Positions 27,240 through 37,569 of a DNA stretch of 64,000 nt are shown piece by piece; positions within the stretch are counted from its first letter, which is position 1, and each line of letters begins with the position of its first letter. Both the position numbers and the translations under genes were made by a program. Origin of the DNA: an uncultured Clostridia bacterium (GTDB lineage Bacteria > Bacillota > Clostridia > TANB77 > CAG-508); the NCBI GenBank assembly GCA_934177485.1, contig CAKPPF010000001.1, positions 150,959 to 214,958 on the forward strand. The letters run 5' to 3'. The notes below the pieces were generated by a model. It saw only the letters and a program-made list of their open reading frames with translations, did not search any database and was not told where the DNA came from.

Positions 27240-30200
27240 ATGAAAATTAAAAACAAATTAATTTTATTGGGAATTATTATGGGGGTAATTAGTTGTTTAG
27301 GATTAAATAAATTATATGCAGCTAATATTACCTCTGCTTTTAGTGATATTACTATAAATAGAGATAATTTAAATAAGGCCATTAAATCAAGTACTATAGA
27401 ACAGAAATGGCTTGGAATATCTGAAAAAAGAGAAAGTGGAAATTCATACAAATGGAATGTAGATACAACAGGAAATGGAAAAAAAGTTTGGAAAATAGCA
27501 ACATATCCATCTGGAGATATAGACCTTAGAAACTATGAAGATTTATATTATTGTTTAAATGCAAAAATGGGATTTGGACTAAATAATGGAGAAATGGCAG
27601 AAGGTAAAAAGGATGAATATACTACAAGCATTGATATGTTGGACACATTAAGTAAAGAAGTGATTTCAGGAAAATCTGAGGGTAAAATAGGAGAAAACTA
27701 TAATAAAGTATTGTGGATATTAAGCAATGCTTATGTTCCAGGACAAACAACCCAAGAGGAAAAAGCACAACTTTTAAAAAATGCTTTGGAATATGTAAAA
27801 AGCGATAATACAAGGTTTGATAAATTATCAGGAATTTTACCAAATAGAATTGTAAACAGTGTTATAAGTGAAAATATGCTTGATTCTAAAGAAACAATCA
27901 ACTTAACAGATGATGATATAGATGTTGTTCAACAAATGGCTATATGGTATTATACAAATAGTGATGATCCAGCATACCACCTTGAATCTGGAGTATTACC
28001 CAAAATCTATTTGAATGATGAACAACTAAGCAACCAAGGGGAAGATTATTATATTGAATATACTGGAAATATAAAATCAGGAAGAATAAGAGAATGGAAA
28101 ATGAATGCATTATTTATGTATTTAATAGATAATGCAGATAAAGCAGAAGAAATACAAAATTTAACTCCAACAATATCATTAGATAACAAAGATGCTGTTA
28201 TTGAAGAAACAAACAAAGGTTATATAGTTGGACCATTTAGATTTGAAGGAACAAACACAGAACTTATAAAATCACTTGAAACAACAGTATCACCAAGTTC
28301 ATATACTTTGCTAGATAAAGATAAAAAGACTGTTTCAGAAAATGATTTTTCTAAAGTTATAGGAACAAGCTTTTATATACAAATATTAAAAGAAGATACA
28401 AAAGTGAAAATTAGTTTAAAAGCTAAATATGACAAGAAAACCCTAACATATTCAACAAATTTAAATGATTATAAAAACACTCAACCTGTTGTTTTGGTAA
28501 AAACTGAAGAAAAAGAACTATTGGCAGATACCAATAAAAATATTGATTTAATTTCAATAAATGTTGAAAAAAAATGGGAAGATGGTAATGATCAAGACGG
28601 AAAAAGACCAACAGAAATTAAAGTCCAATTATATAAAAACAATGAAAAATATGGAGAGAGCATTACTTTAAATAGTGATAATAATTGGAAATATACATGG
28701 GACAATTTATTAAAAGATTATGAATATACTGTAAAAGAATTAGATGAAAATAATATAAAAGTTGAGAACGGAAGCAAATATGACGAAAACTATACTGTAA
28801 CATATATTGTGGAAGAAAATAATATAACAATAACAAATACATATGCCCCTGGAAAAGTAATTAAAATAGTTGAAAAGAAATGGAATGACGATAACGATTC
28901 GGCTAAACTAAGACCAACTCAAATAACAGTTCAATTATATGCAGATGATGAGGCATATGGAGAAAAAGTAGTATTAAATGAAAGCAATTCTTGGAAATAT
29001 ACATGGGATAATCTAGATGAGAAAAAAGATGAGAAAGACATAGTATATACAATAAAAGAATTAAAGGTAGATAATACAAAAGTTGAAGACGGAGAGGAAT
29101 ATGACGAAAACTATACTGCAAGCTATGAAGTTAATGATAATATTACTACAATAACTAATACACATATTGTTGATGAAAAGAAATTTGATTTAGCATTAAG
29201 AAAATTTATTACAGAAGTAAATGGTACAAAATACACAGATAGAGAACCAGTAGTAGATACAACTACAATAGCTACTAATGAAACAGCTACATACAAACAT
29301 ACTAAACAACCAATTGCAGTTCAAAAAGGAGATATAGTTACATACACAATTAGAATATATAATGAAGGTAAAATTGATGGATATGTAAATAAAATAACAG
29401 ACCATTTACCTAAAAATTTAATACCAATTTTAAGAACTACAGTTGAAGATGTTGATAAATATGAAAAAGAAATTGAATTTAACGAAAACTGGTTGTGGGC
29501 AGGAGACGAAAGCATAATCCAAACTGAAATAACAAGTAAAGAAACAGAGTCAGCTTTACCAAATATAACAAAGACAGAAAACGAAACAGATGAGGAGACA
29601 GAACAAAAACAAAAAGAAGCAAGACTTTTAAAAGCTGCTTATAAAGAAGATGACACTATAAATACAGAGCTTGATTATATTGATGTAGAAGTTAAATGTT
29701 TAGTAACAGATGGAGCAATAAGAGGAGAATATTTAACTAATATAGCAGAAATTACAGATGCAGAAGACATAAATGGAATTCATGGAGATGGAACAGATTC
29801 AACACTTGCTAATGCTGAAATTTCTAATATAGAAAACTATAAAGATGATGAAGCTATAAAATCATCTAAAGATTCATACATAGCAGGTCAAGAAGATGAT
29901 GATGACTTTGAAAAATTAATGGTTAAAGAATTTGACTTAGCATTAAGAAAATTTATTACAACAGTAAGCAATGCAAGTGGTGAAAATACTAAAAAATATA
30001 ACAGAGAACCAGTTGTAGATGCATCTAAATTAGAAACAAAAGTTAATGAAAAACTTGTAACAACAGCAATTTATAAACATAGCAAAGAACCTGTAATAGT
30101 TGAAACAGGAGATATTGTAACATATACAATAAGAGTATATAACGAAGGAACTTTAAATGGATATGTTAATGAAATAACAGATAATATACCAGAAGGCTTA

Positions 30201-31751
30201 GAATTTTTACCAAATAGTTCAATAAATGTTTCTTATAAATGGAAGATGTTAGATGCTAATGGTGAGGAAACAACAGACTTAAGTAAAGCAAGTATAATAG
30301 TAACTAATTATCTATCTAAAGAAACAAGTAGCGAAAACGAGCTAAAAGCTGTATCTGAAAATGAAGACGGATTAAAAACTTTAGATTACAAAGATGTTCA
30401 AGTTCAGTTTAAAGTTATAGCTAAAGCAGAAAAACTTAAAGAAAATATAATAAAAAATGAAGCACAAATATCTGAAGACTCAGATAGAGATATAGATTCA
30501 ACTCCAAGAAGAGATGAAAAATATAATTACGATAATGCAAATAATGAAGATGATATTGATTATGAACCAGTAAAATTACAATATTTTGATTTAGCTTTAA
30601 GAAAATTTATAACTAAAGTTAATGATACTGAATATAACAATAGATATCCAGAAGTAGTATTTGGAGATAATCTTAGTGTTACATATAAACAAACAAAAGA
30701 TCCAGCTTTAGTTGAAACAAGTGATACAGTAATATATACAATAAGAGTATATAATGAAGGAGAGAAACCTGGTACTGCAACAGAAATTAAAGATAATATA
30801 CCAGAGGGCTTAGAATTTTTACCTGATAATGAAGTAAACAAAGAATATAAATGGAAAATGCTAGATTCAGAAGGAAAAGAAACAACAGATATAGAAAAAG
30901 CAAAATATATTGTAACTGACGCATTATCAACAGAAATAATAGATGGTATAGTTGTAAATGGAGAAGAAAGAATTTTAAGTTATAAAGACGTAAAAGTAGC
31001 ATTTAAAGTAACAGCTAAAAGCGATACTGATAAAATTATTATAAATACAGCAGAAATATCAAAAGATTCAGATGACGATATTGATTCAACTCCAGACAAT
31101 AATGTCGAAAATGAAGATGATTTAGATAAAGAATATATTAAAGTTCAATACTTTGATTTATCACTAAAAAAATGGGTAACAGAAACAAGAGTTACATTTA
31201 ATGGAAAAACAACTTCAACTAAAACAGGATTTAATGAAGACTCAAAAGAAATAGCAAAAGTTGATTTAGTTGCAAAGAATATGAAGAAAACTACAGTAAA
31301 ATTTGTTTATAGCATAAAAGTTATAAATGAAGGAAAAATTCCAGGATATGCATATGAAATAAAAGACTATATTCCAAGTGGATTAGAATTTAAACAAGAA
31401 GATAATAAAGACTGGAAAGAATTGAAAAATGGTCAGGTTGTAACAGATAAATTAAAAGACACATTATTAAATCCAGGAGAGAGTGCAACAGTAGAAATAG
31501 TATTTACATGGAAAAACTCTACAACAAATGTTGGATTAAAAACAAACTATGCAGAAATAAGTAAAGATTCAGGAGACGATATAGATTCTGTGCCAGACAA
31601 CTTTAATAAGGAGGAAGACGACATTGATGACGCACAAGTAATATTATCAATAAAAACAGCTGGACCAAAAACATATATATGGTTAACATTTATATCTGTA
31701 GCAATATTAGCAGCAGGTGTATGGTCAATTAAAAAATATATAATAGAGTAG
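27240..31751 (+). CDS. Large cell-surface adhesin: signal peptide, thioester (TQxA-type) domain, 2 CnaB-like repeats, 4 DUF11-like repeats, C-terminal TM anchor
   Basis: Start moved to ATG 27240 (AAGGTGG RBS; MKIKNKLILLG..). Cys motif LYYCLNAK (TGT 27552) and Gln motif VVQQMAIWYY (27930-35). KKW(E/N)D.ND...(K/L)RPT.I.VQLY x2 (28557-29165). FDLALRKFIT-type modules start at 29184, 29931, 30585 and 31152, each with Y(T/S)IR(I/V)YNEG and D(I/D)DS(T/V)P. Tail: IKTAGPKTYIWLTFISVAILAAGVWSIKKYIIE. Confidence 0.75.
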   Translation: MKIKNKLILLGIIMGVISCLGLNKLYAANITSAFSDITINRDNLNKAIKSSTIEQKWLGISEKRESGNSYKWNVDTTGNGKKVWKIATYPSGDIDLRNYEDLYYCLNAKMGFGLNNGEMAEGKKDEYTTSIDMLDTLSKEVISGKSEGKIGENYNKVLWILSNAYVPGQTTQEEKAQLLKNALEYVKSDNTRFDKLSGILPNRIVNSVISENMLDSKETINLTDDDIDVVQQMAIWYYTNSDDPAYHLESGVLPKIYLNDEQLSNQGEDYYIEYTGNIKSGRIREWKMNALFMYLIDNADKAEEIQNLTPTISLDNKDAVIEETNKGYIVGPFRFEGTNTELIKSLETTVSPSSYTLLDKDKKTVSENDFSKVIGTSFYIQILKEDTKVKISLKAKYDKKTLTYSTNLNDYKNTQPVVLVKTEEKELLADTNKNIDLISINVEKKWEDGNDQDGKRPTEIKVQLYKNNEKYGESITLNSDNNWKYTWDNLLKDYEYTVKELDENNIKVENGSKYDENYTVTYIVEENNITITNTYAPGKVIKIVEKKWNDDNDSAKLRPTQITVQLYADDEAYGEKVVLNESNSWKYTWDNLDEKKDEKDIVYTIKELKVDNTKVEDGEEYDENYTASYEVNDNITTITNTHIVDEKKFDLALRKFITEVNGTKYTDREPVVDTTTIATNETATYKHTKQPIAVQKGDIVTYTIRIYNEGKIDGYVNKITDHLPKNLIPILRTTVEDVDKYEKEIEFNENWLWAGDESIIQTEITSKETESALPNITKTENETDEETEQKQKEARLLKAAYKEDDTINTELDYIDVEVKCLVTDGAIRGEYLTNIAEITDAEDINGIHGDGTDSTLANAEISNIENYKDDEAIKSSKDSYIAGQEDDDDFEKLMVKEFDLALRKFITTVSNASGENTKKYNREPVVDASKLETKVNEKLVTTAIYKHSKEPVIVETGDIVTYTIRVYNEGTLNGYVNEITDNIPEGLEFLPNSSINVSYKWKMLDANGEETTDLSKASIIVTNYLSKETSSENELKAVSENEDGLKTLDYKDVQVQFKVIAKAEKLKENIIKNEAQISEDSDRDIDSTPRRDEKYNYDNANNEDDIDYEPVKLQYFDLALRKFITKVNDTEYNNRYPEVVFGDNLSVTYKQTKDPALVETSDTVIYTIRVYNEGEKPGTATEIKDNIPEGLEFLPDNEVNKEYKWKMLDSEGKETTDIEKAKYIVTDALSTEIIDGIVVNGEERILSYKDVKVAFKVTAKSDTDKIIINTAEISKDSDDDIDSTPDNNVENEDDLDKEYIKVQYFDLSLKKWVTETRVTFNGKTTSTKTGFNEDSKEIAKVDLVAKNMKKTTVKFVYSIKVINEGKIPGYAYEIKDYIPSGLEFKQEDNKDWKELKNGQVVTDKLKDTLLNPGESATVEIVFTWKNSTTNVGLKTNYAEISKDSGDDIDSVPDNFNKEEDDIDDAQVILSIKTAGPKTYIWLTFISVAILAAGVWSIKKYIIE

Positions 31752-31790
31752 TTTAGAACAAAAGTGACGGATTTTATATTCGTCATTTTT

Positions 31791-31827
31791 TTATATAGTA
31801 GGAAATTTCTTATTTCCTACTATATAA
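31791..31827. repeat. AT-rich hairpin repeat (TTATATAGTAGGAAAT-N5-ATTTCCTACTATATAA)
   Basis: 16-bp perfect inverted repeat just after the adhesin terminator. Confidence 0.7.
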
Positions 31828-31844
31828 AAATAGCTAAACGCATG

Positions 31845-31921
31845 CCCTTTAAGATTTTCTCCTTACAGTCGAAAACTCAAATCGGGCGAGAACAAAGGGC
31901 GACTAAAGTCGCTTTGTTCTT
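31845..31921 (+). repeat. Intergenic repeat module (CCCTTTAAGATTTTCTC..TCGAAAACTCAAAT..GAACAAAG-hairpin-CTTTGTTC)
   Basis: Related copies at 49873..49931 (+), 52243..52306 (-), and weaker at 3311..3348 and 7221..7245. Confidence 0.6.
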
Positions 31922-31937
31922 CAACAATTTTAAAGCA

Positions 31938-31964
31938 TAGGGGCAGGTTTGTGCTTGCCCAAAA
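31938..31964 (+). repeat. GGGCAGG hairpin repeat (variant GGGGCAGGTTTGTGCTTGCCC)
   Basis: Matches the consensus TAGrGGCAGGTyTTGTGyCTGCCCrAAA. Confidence 0.7.
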
Positions 31965-32132
31965 CAAAATTAGTTTACACTACAATTTTGAGCACTTTCT
32001 TTCAAAATTAAACCCTCCAGGACAAGGAGTAATCCGTATGCCTCAAAGGGCTGTCGGGCATTAATTTTTCAAAAAAGTCTCAAAATGTCTTGAAATTATA
32101 TAAATTCTGTCAAAACATATATTAAAAAAATG

Positions 32133-32160
32133 TAGAGGCAGGTCTTGTGTCTGCCCAAAA
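32133..32160 (+). repeat. GGGCAGG hairpin repeat (TAGAGGCAGGTCTTGTGTCTGCCCAAAA)
   Basis: Same family and same orientation. Confidence 0.7.
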
Positions 32161-32247
32161 AATTTTCTTATTTGTTACCTTTAAATATTGATAAATAGAG
32201 TAAATTAATATATAATAATACTGTTATTTATAAGGAGGCTTTTATTT

Positions 32248-32901
32248 ATGAATGAAGAGAAAAAAGCAAAAATTAAAGATATAATAGAATGGATATATTG
32301 TATTATAATAGCAGTAGTATTAGCACTTTTAGTTAAATACTTTTTAGGAACCCCTACAATAGTAAAACAAACATCAATGGTTCCAACATTTCAACCTAGC
32401 AATAGATTAATTTTAAATAGATTATATAGAACACTTAAAACAACCCCACAAAGAGGCGATATAATTACATTTGAAGCACCAACTATAGCAAATTCTACAG
32501 GCGAAAAAGTTGATTTAGAAAACCCAGTTGCAAAATATACAAATAAAACTAATGGGTTAATTTCAAAATTCTTTTATAATGTTGTTGAAATTACAAAGAA
32601 AAGCTATATAAAAAGAGTAATTGGATTGCCAGGGGATCATGTTGAAATTAAAGATGGTAGTGTATATATAAATGGAGAAAAACTTGAGGAAGACTACTTA
32701 AGCAGTGATGTTAAAACAGAATCTGTAAATGGTGGGCAATATCTAGACATTATTGTTCCAGAAAAAACAGTTTTTGTTATGGGAGATAATAGACCAGATA
32801 GTATTGACTCAAGAAAATTTGGATGTATACCATATGAGAAAATTGAAGGAAAAATAGTACTAAGATTTTGGCCATTAAATAAATTTGGAACAGTAAAGTA
32901 A
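32248..32901 (+). CDS. lepB: Signal peptidase I
   Basis: N-terminal TM helix, catalytic-Ser box TSMVPTF, GDNRPDSIDSR box. Confidence 0.85.
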   Translation: MNEEKKAKIKDIIEWIYCIIIAVVLALLVKYFLGTPTIVKQTSMVPTFQPSNRLILNRLYRTLKTTPQRGDIITFEAPTIANSTGEKVDLENPVAKYTNKTNGLISKFFYNVVEITKKSYIKRVIGLPGDHVEIKDGSVYINGEKLEEDYLSSDVKTESVNGGQYLDIIVPEKTVFVMGDNRPDSIDSRKFGCIPYEKIEGKIVLRFWPLNKFGTVK

Positions 32902-32924
32902 AAAAACATCAATGAGGTTTATAT

Positions 32925-33818
32925 ATGAAGTTTAAAGAGTTAATAGGCAATAATGAAATAAAAGTAAGTTTAATAAAAATATTAAATTCTAACAATATTT
33001 CACATAGTTATATGTTCATTGGAACAAAGGGAATTGGAAAAGAAAAATTTGCAAAAGAATTCGCAAAAGGTATTTTATGCCTTAACGATACTAATAAACC
33101 ATGTGAAAGCTGTAAATCTTGTGTTTCTTTTTCCGATAATAATAATCCAGATTTTTATGAAATAGGACTAGCAGATGACGAAAACAGTATAAAAATTGAT
33201 ACAATAAGAGATATGCAAAAGAAAATTCAGGAATTGCCTATAATATCAAATAGAAAAGTTTATATCATAGATGATAGTGAATTTATGACTAAGGATGCTC
33301 AAAACTGTTTGCTTAAAACTCTGGAAGAGCCACCTAAATTTACAACTATAATACTTATTGTTTCTAATGAAAGTAAAATTTTAAATACAATAAAATCAAG
33401 GTGTTTAAAAATTTATTTTAAAGATATAAACGAAAGAGAATTAGAAGAATACATTAAACAAAATTTAATTACAGACAATTTTACAACTAATATGCTAAAA
33501 GCATGTCAAGGAAGTATTGGAAAAGCAACTAGTATATTTGAAAATAAAGACATGTATACAATTTTAGATGAGGTTTTTGGTAATATCGAAAAATATTCTT
33601 TAATAGATGTTATTCCAAAGTTAGAAGTGCTTTACAAAAATAAAGAACATATAAATGAAATGTTAGAATATATAAATGTTATATTTATAGAAAAAGCCAA
33701 AGAAGATTTTAAATATATTGATTTTATATCATGTGTAGAAAAAACAAAAAATAATTTAAATATGAATTGCAACTATGATATGAGTATAGACAAAATGTTA
33801 TTTGAAATATGGAAATAA
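32925..33818 (+). CDS. holB: DNA polymerase III delta' subunit
   Basis: SHSYMFIGTKGIGK P-loop-like motif, Cys cluster CESCKSC, SRC motif (KSRC). Confidence 0.8.
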   Translation: MKFKELIGNNEIKVSLIKILNSNNISHSYMFIGTKGIGKEKFAKEFAKGILCLNDTNKPCESCKSCVSFSDNNNPDFYEIGLADDENSIKIDTIRDMQKKIQELPIISNRKVYIIDDSEFMTKDAQNCLLKTLEEPPKFTTIILIVSNESKILNTIKSRCLKIYFKDINERELEEYIKQNLITDNFTTNMLKACQGSIGKATSIFENKDMYTILDEVFGNIEKYSLIDVIPKLEVLYKNKEHINEMLEYINVIFIEKAKEDFKYIDFISCVEKTKNNLNMNCNYDMSIDKMLFEIWK

Positions 33819-33846
33819 TAAAACTTAAATTAGAGGAGGAGAATAC

Positions 33847-34725
33847 TTGAATAAAGTTACAGTAATAGGAATTAAATTTAAAGAACTTGGTAAAATATAT
33901 TTTTTTGATCCTAAAGGAGAAAAACTTAAAAAAGGCGATTTTGTTATAGTTGAGACAACAATAGGAGAAGAATACACGGAAGTTGTTGTTGCAAATAAAG
34001 AAATACCAGCAGAAAAATTAGTTGCACCTTTAAAGCCAATAATAAGAAAAGCAACATATAAAGACAAGAAACACAATGAAGAAAACAAGAAAAAAGAAAA
34101 AGAAGCATTTGCTATTGCTGAAAAATTGGCTGAAAAATACAAATTAGACATGAAAATAACAGAGGTTACATATACATTTGATAATAGTAAGTTATTATTT
34201 TATTTTACAGCAGATGGAAGAATAGATTTTAGAGATTTGGTAAAAGAACTTGCAAGTATATATAAAACAAGAATAGAATTAAGACAAATAGGAGTAAGAG
34301 ACGAAGTTAGAAAAATCGGAGGAAATGGAATATGTGGTAGAGAGTTATGCTGTTGTTCTTTTCTAGAGAATTTTGATGCTGTATCTATTAAAATGGCAAA
34401 AGAACAAAATATAGCTTTAGCATCTTCTAAAATATCAGGAAATTGTGGAAGACTTATGTGTTGCTTAAGATATGAACACGAAGTATATGATGAAAAATTA
34501 AAACGTTTACCTAAAGTTGGTGCAATAGTAAATACAGCAGATGGAAAAGGAACTGTTGACGGAATTGAAACTCTTAAGGAAAAAATAAAAGTTAAATTTA
34601 AAGATGGAGATGGCTTCTTCTATAAAAAGTATGATGCAAAAGACATAAAAGTTTTAAAAGATGTAGTTGAACAAGAAGAGGAAGTTAATGAAGAAGAAGA
34701 ACTTAAAAAAATAGAACAAGACTAA
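33847..34725 (+). CDS. yaaT: PSP1-domain stage 0 sporulation protein YaaT/RicT
   Basis: Follows holB as in Bacillus. Cys-rich GICGRELCCCSF...SGNCGRLMCCLRYE. TTG start after GGAGGAG. Confidence 0.8.
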   Translation: MNKVTVIGIKFKELGKIYFFDPKGEKLKKGDFVIVETTIGEEYTEVVVANKEIPAEKLVAPLKPIIRKATYKDKKHNEENKKKEKEAFAIAEKLAEKYKLDMKITEVTYTFDNSKLLFYFTADGRIDFRDLVKELASIYKTRIELRQIGVRDEVRKIGGNGICGRELCCCSFLENFDAVSIKMAKEQNIALASSKISGNCGRLMCCLRYEHEVYDEKLKRLPKVGAIVNTADGKGTVDGIETLKEKIKVKFKDGDGFFYKKYDAKDIKVLKDVVEQEEEVNEEEELKKIEQD

Positions 34726-34800
34726 AAAAACCAGTATTTGCAATGTAAAAAAGCAAATGCAGTGATATATCTTCTAAACATAGAAAGGATGGTGAAAAAA

Positions 34801-34971
34801 ATGGCATACAAAATTACAGATGCTTGTATATCATGTGGAGCATGCGCAGGAGCATGCCCAGTAGAATGTATAAAGCAAGGAGATAGCAAATATGAAATAA
34901 ACCAAGAAACATGTATATCATGTGGAACATGTGCAGGAGTTTGCCCAGTAGATGCGCCAGTAGAAGAATAA
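34801..34971 (+). CDS. 2x[4Fe-4S] ferredoxin (56 aa)
   Basis: MAYKITDACISCGACAGACPVECI...CISCGTCAGVCPVDAP gives two CxxCxxCxxxCP motifs. ATG 34801 preferred over the track's upstream 34738 start. Confidence 0.85.
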   Translation: MAYKITDACISCGACAGACPVECIKQGDSKYEINQETCISCGTCAGVCPVDAPVEE

Positions 34972-35056
34972 TTCTTAATATTTTGTGTAAAAGAAAAGGA
35001 GATAATTTTTTAATTACCTCCTTTTAACAAATTTACTGAAAATTTCAATATTATTT

Positions 35057-36007
35057 TTATTTATTTGTCATTTCTTCTAAATCTAGAAGTTCTTGCCATC
35101 TTGTATCAACTTCTTTTTGGAATTCTTCTATCATCCATTCATTTCCTGGTTTAAACATATGTTTAAATCTTTTTTGAGGTTTTAAAAATTCTTCTACAGG
35201 AAGCTTTTTAGCTGGCTTATATGTTATGTGGTATTTTCCATCAATAACTTCATATAATGGCCAATAGCAAGTTTCAACAGCTAATTTATTTAGCTTCATT
35301 AAATCATCTGTAGAATATCCCCATCCTCTTGGGCAAGGAGCAAGTACATTTAAGAAACAAGCACCTTTTGTGTATATAGCTTTTTCAGATTTTTCATATA
35401 AATCTTTAAAATTGCCATATGCAGCAGTTTGAGCAACATATGGTAAATGATGTCCTACCATAACTTTTGCCAAGTCTTTTCTAATTTGCATTTTTCCAGG
35501 AATTACACTACCAGCAGGTGATGTTGTTGTGTCTGCAAATTTTGGAGTTGCAGAAGAACGTTGAATACCAGTATTCATGTATGCACCATTATCGTAACAT
35601 ACATATACCATATCATGTCCTCTTTCCATTGCACCAGACAAACTTTGTAGACCTATATCATATGTTCCTCCATCTCCACCAAATGCAATAAATTTTGTAT
35701 TTTCATCTTGTGGTAATTTTCCTTGTTTTTTCATAGATACATATGCAGCTTCTGCACCAGATAATGTTGCACCAGCGCATTCAAATGCAGTATGTATAAA
35801 AGAATCAGTCCAAGCTGTGTATGGATATATAAATGTAGAAACTTCCATACAACCTGTAGCATTACAAATTACTGCATGATCTTCAGGTTTTAATGCTCTT
35901 AATACCATTCTTCCAACAACTGGAGCTCCACAACCAGCACACATTCTATGACCAGCTGTAAATCTAGAAGGTTTATTTGCTATAACTTCTTTTAAATTAT
36001 ATCCCAT
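35057..36007 (-). CDS. 2-oxoacid:ferredoxin oxidoreductase, beta (TPP-binding) subunit
   Basis: GCGxxxxxR N-terminus (CAGCGAPVVGR), GDGGTYDIG TPP motif. Last gene of the gamma-delta-alpha-beta operon. Confidence 0.85.
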   Translation of the reverse strand: MGYNLKEVIANKPSRFTAGHRMCAGCGAPVVGRMVLRALKPEDHAVICNATGCMEVSTFIYPYTAWTDSFIHTAFECAGATLSGAEAAYVSMKKQGKLPQDENTKFIAFGGDGGTYDIGLQSLSGAMERGHDMVYVCYDNGAYMNTGIQRSSATPKFADTTTSPAGSVIPGKMQIRKDLAKVMVGHHLPYVAQTAAYGNFKDLYEKSEKAIYTKGACFLNVLAPCPRGWGYSTDDLMKLNKLAVETCYWPLYEVIDGKYHITYKPAKKLPVEEFLKPQKRFKHMFKPGNEWMIEEFQKEVDTRWQELLDLEEMTNK

Positions 36008-37201
36008 TTATTTTTCCTCCCTTCTAAGTCCTAAATATCTATATGGATTATCAATTTTACCATTATTTTTAACAATTTCTTGTAAATCTGTAAATACTTC
36101 TTCAATGTCACTTGATTTTGTATCTCTACCACCAATACCATAAACATAGTTTACAACTGGTACGTCTTTTTTATTTACATATAAGCTAGATACAATATCT
36201 TCAAATAATGCACCACCAATAGCATTTAATGAATCTGCTTTATCTAAAACAGCAACAGCTTTAACATGTTCTAAAGCCTTTGCAACTTCTTCACCAGGGA
36301 AAGGTCTATAAACTCTTATTTTTAATAAACCTGCTTTAATTCCTTTTTCTCTTAATTTATTTACAACAAATTTAGTAGTTCCAGCTGTAGAGTTCATACA
36401 AACTATTGCAATTTCAGCGTCTTCCATATTGTATTCTTCAAATAAAGAGTAATGTCTACCAGTCATTTTTTCGAAGTCTTTTGAAACATCTAAAATAACT
36501 TTTTTTGCATTTCTCATTGCTTCTGCTTGTTGGAATTTATGCTCAAATAAGTAAGCTTGTAAATCTAAAGGCCCAACAGCAATAGGTTCTTTACTATTTA
36601 ATAAATAATGTTCTGGATGATACTCTCCAACAAATTCTTTAACTTTATCATCTTCTATAAGTTCAATATTTTCTATTGAATGAGATGTTATAAATCCATC
36701 TTGACATACCATTAAAGGTAATTGTACATCTTTGTGCTCTGCAATTCTATGAGCCATTATTGTATTATCATAAGCTTCCTGGTTATTCTCACTAAACAAC
36801 ATTACCCATCCAGCGTCTCTAACTCCCATTGCATCTGAATGGTCATTATGTATATTTAAAGGTCCAGATACGGCTCTATTTACTAAAGATAAAACAATAG
36901 GTAAACGTAAGCTAGATGCTATATAAATCATTTCCCACATTAAAGATAAACCATTTGCAGAAGTTGCAGTCATAGCTCTTGCTCCTGCGGCCTCAGCACC
37001 TATACAAGCACTCATTGCACTGTGCTCACTTTCTACTGCAACAAATTCTGTATCAACTTGACCATTACTAACAAAAGTTGAAAAGTATTGAGGTATTTCA
37101 GTAGATGGAGTAATAGGGAAAGCAGCAACAACATCTGGGTTTATTTGCTTCATAGCTGTAGCAACAGCTTCATTTCCACTTAAACGTTCTCTAATTGACA
37201 T
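36008..37201 (-). CDS. 2-oxoacid:ferredoxin oxidoreductase, alpha subunit
   Basis: Typical PorA/VorA N-terminus (..GNEAVA.A......V.AAFPITPST..). Abuts the beta gene. Confidence 0.85.
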   Translation of the reverse strand: MSIRERLSGNEAVATAMKQINPDVVAAFPITPSTEIPQYFSTFVSNGQVDTEFVAVESEHSAMSACIGAEAAGARAMTATSANGLSLMWEMIYIASSLRLPIVLSLVNRAVSGPLNIHNDHSDAMGVRDAGWVMLFSENNQEAYDNTIMAHRIAEHKDVQLPLMVCQDGFITSHSIENIELIEDDKVKEFVGEYHPEHYLLNSKEPIAVGPLDLQAYLFEHKFQQAEAMRNAKKVILDVSKDFEKMTGRHYSLFEEYNMEDAEIAIVCMNSTAGTTKFVVNKLREKGIKAGLLKIRVYRPFPGEEVAKALEHVKAVAVLDKADSLNAIGGALFEDIVSSLYVNKKDVPVVNYVYGIGGRDTKSSDIEEVFTDLQEIVKNNGKIDNPYRYLGLRREEK

Positions 37202-37249
37202 ATTTTTTTCATTCCTTTCTATTTATAAACATTTAGATGCCCTAAGATG

Positions 37250-37531
37250 TTATTCCATTGTAATTGCACCAAATGGACATACTTTAGCACAAACTCCGCA
37301 TCCTTTGCAATAATCATAATTAAAATCTTCTCTTTTTTGTTCTTTATTTACTGGTATTGCATCATCTGGACAAACTGGAAAACATAAACCACATTGTTTA
37401 CATTTTTCACTTAAGAATATAGGTTTTGAAGAACGCCAATCTCCAGTTTTAAAGTTTCTTGCATTTCCAGCTTCATATATATTTCCACCAATTGTTAAAT
37501 CATTAACAGGTGTACTTGGTGTTATTTCCAT
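37250..37531 (-). CDS. 2-oxoacid:ferredoxin oxidoreductase, delta (4Fe-4S) subunit
   Basis: CKQCGLCFPVCP and CKGCGVCAKVCP motifs. Confidence 0.8.
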   Translation of the reverse strand: MEITPSTPVNDLTIGGNIYEAGNARNFKTGDWRSSKPIFLSEKCKQCGLCFPVCPDDAIPVNKEQKREDFNYDYCKGCGVCAKVCPFGAITME

Positions 37532-37569
37532 AAAACTTAACCTCCAATTTTTAATTTAACTTTTAAAAG

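Noticed and set aside
34738-34800. N-terminal extension of the ferredoxin ORF (track start 34738).
   Set aside because: The extension (MQCKKANAVIYLLNIERMVKK) has no RBS and is not ferredoxin-like. ATG 34801 gives the canonical 56-aa clostridial-type ferredoxin.
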